NCBI GenBank assembly: GCA_963719505.1
Contig: CAVRCF010000004.1
Location: 160,001 to 224,000 of the forward strand
Length of the DNA: 64,000 bases
Reading direction: 5' to 3'
Source: Halobacteriovoraceae bacterium
Lineage (GTDB): Bacteria; Bdellovibrionota; Bacteriovoracia; Bacteriovoracales; Bacteriovoracaceae
The notes under the pieces were generated by a model. It was not told the DNA's origin. It made no database searches and saw only the letters and a list, made by a program, of their open reading frames with translations. Positions 61,317 through 64,000 of this stretch are shown in pieces. Every line of letters starts with the position of its first letter. The first letter of the stretch is position 1. A program made the translations under genes and the position numbers.

Positions 61317-64000
61317 TTGATTAAGTTAACCGGTATTATTTTTGCCCTCATTTTTATTGTTAGTTGTGGAGGAGATGAAAGCTCTAAAACAAAGCTTGCA
61401 AAGGGAGGAAATGTTCAAGATATCAATGATACCCAAAGTGTTATTGAATCTCTCCAAGAAGAAGTTAAAACTCAAATTGTACAGCTTGAAAGATATCCCT
61501 CATTAACACTTATTCTTATGCCAAAGGGTGAACTTCAAGATTCAATCGAAAAGCTTATTGCTGGTGGCGGAGAGTTAATTTACGATCCTAATAATGGCGC
61601 TTCAAATACAATCCCATTTTTTATAGCAACGCTGACTCCAGAACAAATCAATGACACCAAATTCATGAAGAGTCTTAATTTAAAAGCGGCTTCCATTGAA
61701 TCTCAAAAAAGTGAAGTAAAGCCAATAGAGACAAAAATTATCTCTGGTAATATCTCTCCTGAAAACTTCATTCCAACGCAAAGTGTTCAAATCTCTGAAC
61801 TCGTTAGTGATGAATTCAAAAGAAATGAGCTAGGTGAAGGAATCACAGTTGCAGTTATCGATACCGGTATTGATGCTAGCCATCCAGGTTTTAATGGGAG
61901 AGTTGATTATTGGTATGATGCTTCTGAAGAGGTTCAGGTTGAACTAAAACCTGTTAAATTAACGGCAGAAGGTGAAGTTACTGTCGATAATAGTACTTTC
62001 AAAGCTCCTGTTGGAATCGCCAAAGGTGAGCTTTATGCAGCCGTTATGGATGAAAAAGATTTGTCAGCTCAACTCTCAGCTGACGGAAAAAACTCAACTC
62101 CTTACATGGATATAAACTTTTCAGAAAGTAGCTCGAAATTTTTAGTCATGGCTGTAAAGACAAAAGAAAAAACTTTGGTCTATTTTGATGCAGATGCAGA
62201 TCTTGCTTTCAATAAAAAAGAATCGATTGCTCTGATCGACTATAATAAAACAACGATAAAAAATAGAAATGATGCAATGGTTGAGTTTCCTTCAAGAAAT
62301 TCAATCGTAAAATATCCTGTTCTTATTCAATCAAAAGAGAATTCTTTAATTGTTGGGCTTGGTAAAACAGGTGGAATGCATGGGACTCACGTTGCTGGAA
62401 TTATCGCAGCAAATGACCCTTCAAATAATTTAGTTGGAGTGGCTCCAAAAGCAAAACTTATGGCCTTAAAGGTTTGTACAGCAATCTCTTGTACAGATTC
62501 AGCAATTATAAAAGCCCTCTATAAAAGTTTTTACAACGACAAAGGCCTTATCCCTGACGTTGTGAATATCTCTCTGGGCTCCCATGAAAAGTATAAAAAG
62601 GGAATCTATTCGTATATCCTTGATGATCTCTCAGCAAAGTTTGGAACAATCTTTTTTGTTTCAGCCTCAAACTCAGGTCCCGGATTTAGATCTTTAAATC
62701 ATATCGGTAATACAGGTGCCGTTGTGACTGTTGGGGCAAATGTCTCTAAAAAAACATTAGATGATCAATACAATCTTCCTTCAAGTGCCCAAGTGAATGA
62801 TGAAAATCTTCTTTTCTTCAGCTCACTAGGACCAAGTTATACCTCTGAGATGAAGCCCAACATAATCGCTCCTGGAGCTGCTATATCGACGGTTCTGACT
62901 GCCGAAGGATACCTTTCTCAGGCCAATGGGACGAGTATGTCTTCTCCACTAGCAGCAGGAACAATGGCCGCAATTTTAAGTAGTCTTAAAAAAGAAGATC
63001 AGTCTCTTTTTGATATCATCGATTCACAAAGAAAGATTAATCTTGCTCGCTCAAACGTTTCTGAAAAAACACTTCTTCCGTATGTTTTTGGAATGAGAGA
63101 TGCTCTTCAAGTAACGGCAACAGAACTTCCTGACTTAACAGCGGCTCAACAGGGTTATGGATTAATATCAGCTGGTAAAGCAAGAGGTGAACTTTTAAAA
63201 ATACTAACCGAACTCAATGATAATAGCAGAGACTACTTTGAAGTTGTTCTCAATAATTACGCAAAGACATACGAGAGAGAAAGCATCTCAAAGGTAGTGA
63301 AGTTTGGATTAACGCCAGGTTTTGATGGAGAGAGACCTTTAAGGGATCTTGCTCCAATTCTTGCTGGAGGTGTTGACGTTAAACTTTTTAAAGTTGAGAC
63401 AATTGATTTTAAAGGAAAAGTTTCAAAGCTAAATGATGAAAAGATGCTTAAGTTCTTCTCCATTGTCGACCAAGGTAGCAAAGAGACAAAACTGACCCAA
63501 ACACATGTTCGTTTCAGTAATGGCAGAACTAATGCTTTTTATTCAAGAAGGCACCTCAAGGCGATGAAAAAGGGAATGAGCTATATGGCCCACTATCAAA
63601 TCATGCACAAAGGTGTCGTTGTTCAGAATATTCTGGATACGGTTCATATGGGTTACGAGTTGGAAAAAATAGAGGCTGATGTTCCTTCTATAGATCCAAG
63701 CATCAGTAACGTAAATTCAGGTTTTTTCAAAAAAAATGTAAAGATTGGAACAAATACTTTTCATCGTTATCCGGTTGTTATTGATGATTCAGTTCAGTCG
63801 ATAAATGTCAAAATTGCGATCGATAGATCTTCTGAAGGACTTCTCTATGTTCAACTTTATAATCCAATGGGCAAAGAGGTCGCTTTTCAATATGCAATGA
63901 ATAACCCAATAAATGGATATAGCCAGGGAGACTTTGATGTCTCAACGATTGTGAAAGACAAAGTTTTAGCGGGAGTTTGGGAACTAACTATTTCGACAAG
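61317..64000 (+). CDS. Large S8 (subtilisin-family) lipoprotein protease, 3' truncated by window edge; absent from ORF track
   Basis: GGAGG RBS plus TTG; lipobox IVSC; VIDTGID (61860), HGTHVAG (62379), NGTSMSSP (62934), all in frame. Confidence 0.92.
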   Translation, partial: MIKLTGIIFALIFIVSCGGDESSKTKLAKGGNVQDINDTQSVIESLQEEVKTQIVQLERYPSLTLILMPKGELQDSIEKLIAGGGELIYDPNNGASNTIPFFIATLTPEQINDTKFMKSLNLKAASIESQKSEVKPIETKIISGNISPENFIPTQSVQISELVSDEFKRNELGEGITVAVIDTGIDASHPGFNGRVDYWYDASEEVQVELKPVKLTAEGEVTVDNSTFKAPVGIAKGELYAAVMDEKDLSAQLSADGKNSTPYMDINFSESSSKFLVMAVKTKEKTLVYFDADADLAFNKKESIALIDYNKTTIKNRNDAMVEFPSRNSIVKYPVLIQSKENSLIVGLGKTGGMHGTHVAGIIAANDPSNNLVGVAPKAKLMALKVCTAISCTDSAIIKALYKSFYNDKGLIPDVVNISLGSHEKYKKGIYSYILDDLSAKFGTIFFVSASNSGPGFRSLNHIGNTGAVVTVGANVSKKTLDDQYNLPSSAQVNDENLLFFSSLGPSYTSEMKPNIIAPGAAISTVLTAEGYLSQANGTSMSSPLAAGTMAAILSSLKKEDQSLFDIIDSQRKINLARSNVSEKTLLPYVFGMRDALQVTATELPDLTAAQQGYGLISAGKARGELLKILTELNDNSRDYFEVVLNNYAKTYERESISKVVKFGLTPGFDGERPLRDLAPILAGGVDVKLFKVETIDFKGKVSKLNDEKMLKFFSIVDQGSKETKLTQTHVRFSNGRTNAFYSRRHLKAMKKGMSYMAHYQIMHKGVVVQNILDTVHMGYELEKIEADVPSIDPSISNVNSGFFKKNVKIGTNTFHRYPVVIDDSVQSINVKIAIDRSSEGLLYVQLYNPMGKEVAFQYAMNNPINGYSQGDFDVSTIVKDKVLAGVWELTIST

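Noticed and set aside
1396..63481. Many 60-140 aa ORFs nested in or antisense to long genes
   Set aside because: Shadow frames of well-supported CDSs without RBS or motifs.

Overview
An AT-rich chromosomal segment. Gene content and style (many signal-peptide proteins and lipoproteins, small outer-membrane barrels, secreted proteases, sigma28-like promoters) suggest a Bdellovibrionota predator of the Bacteriovorax/Halobacteriovorax type; this is inference only. Housekeeping genes: uvrA (partial), pyrC, cdd, priA, yidD, folE2, cysS, dksA, ribDEBH, rnc-era-der, yfgM-bamB-like, nrdJ with tandem NrdR boxes, fxsA and ygiQ. An IS1202-family element with a 15-bp palindromic target duplication interrupts azlD. 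rpsD carries four frameshifts and two other genes have single in-frame TAA stops, so assembly errors or decay must be considered. The most interesting candidates are: (1) a tyrosine-recombinase homolog with substituted catalytic motifs, translationally coupled to the riboflavin operon; (2) an operon joining an MtnK-like kinase, a YnjBCD-like ABC importer and an apparently exported ADP-ribosylglycohydrolase; (3) a compact ATP-grasp/phosphohistidine-swivel protein beside a Tyr/Pro/Gly/Cys-rich secreted peptide and a His-motif membrane protein; (4) a roughly 60-nt sRNA or leader candidate, a stand-alone HisKA-like protein, a Der with an extra ~100-aa acidic segment, several probable leaderless genes, and a TPP II/pyrolysin-like lipoprotein protease missing from the ORF track. 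No CRISPR array, tRNA or rRNA was recognised.
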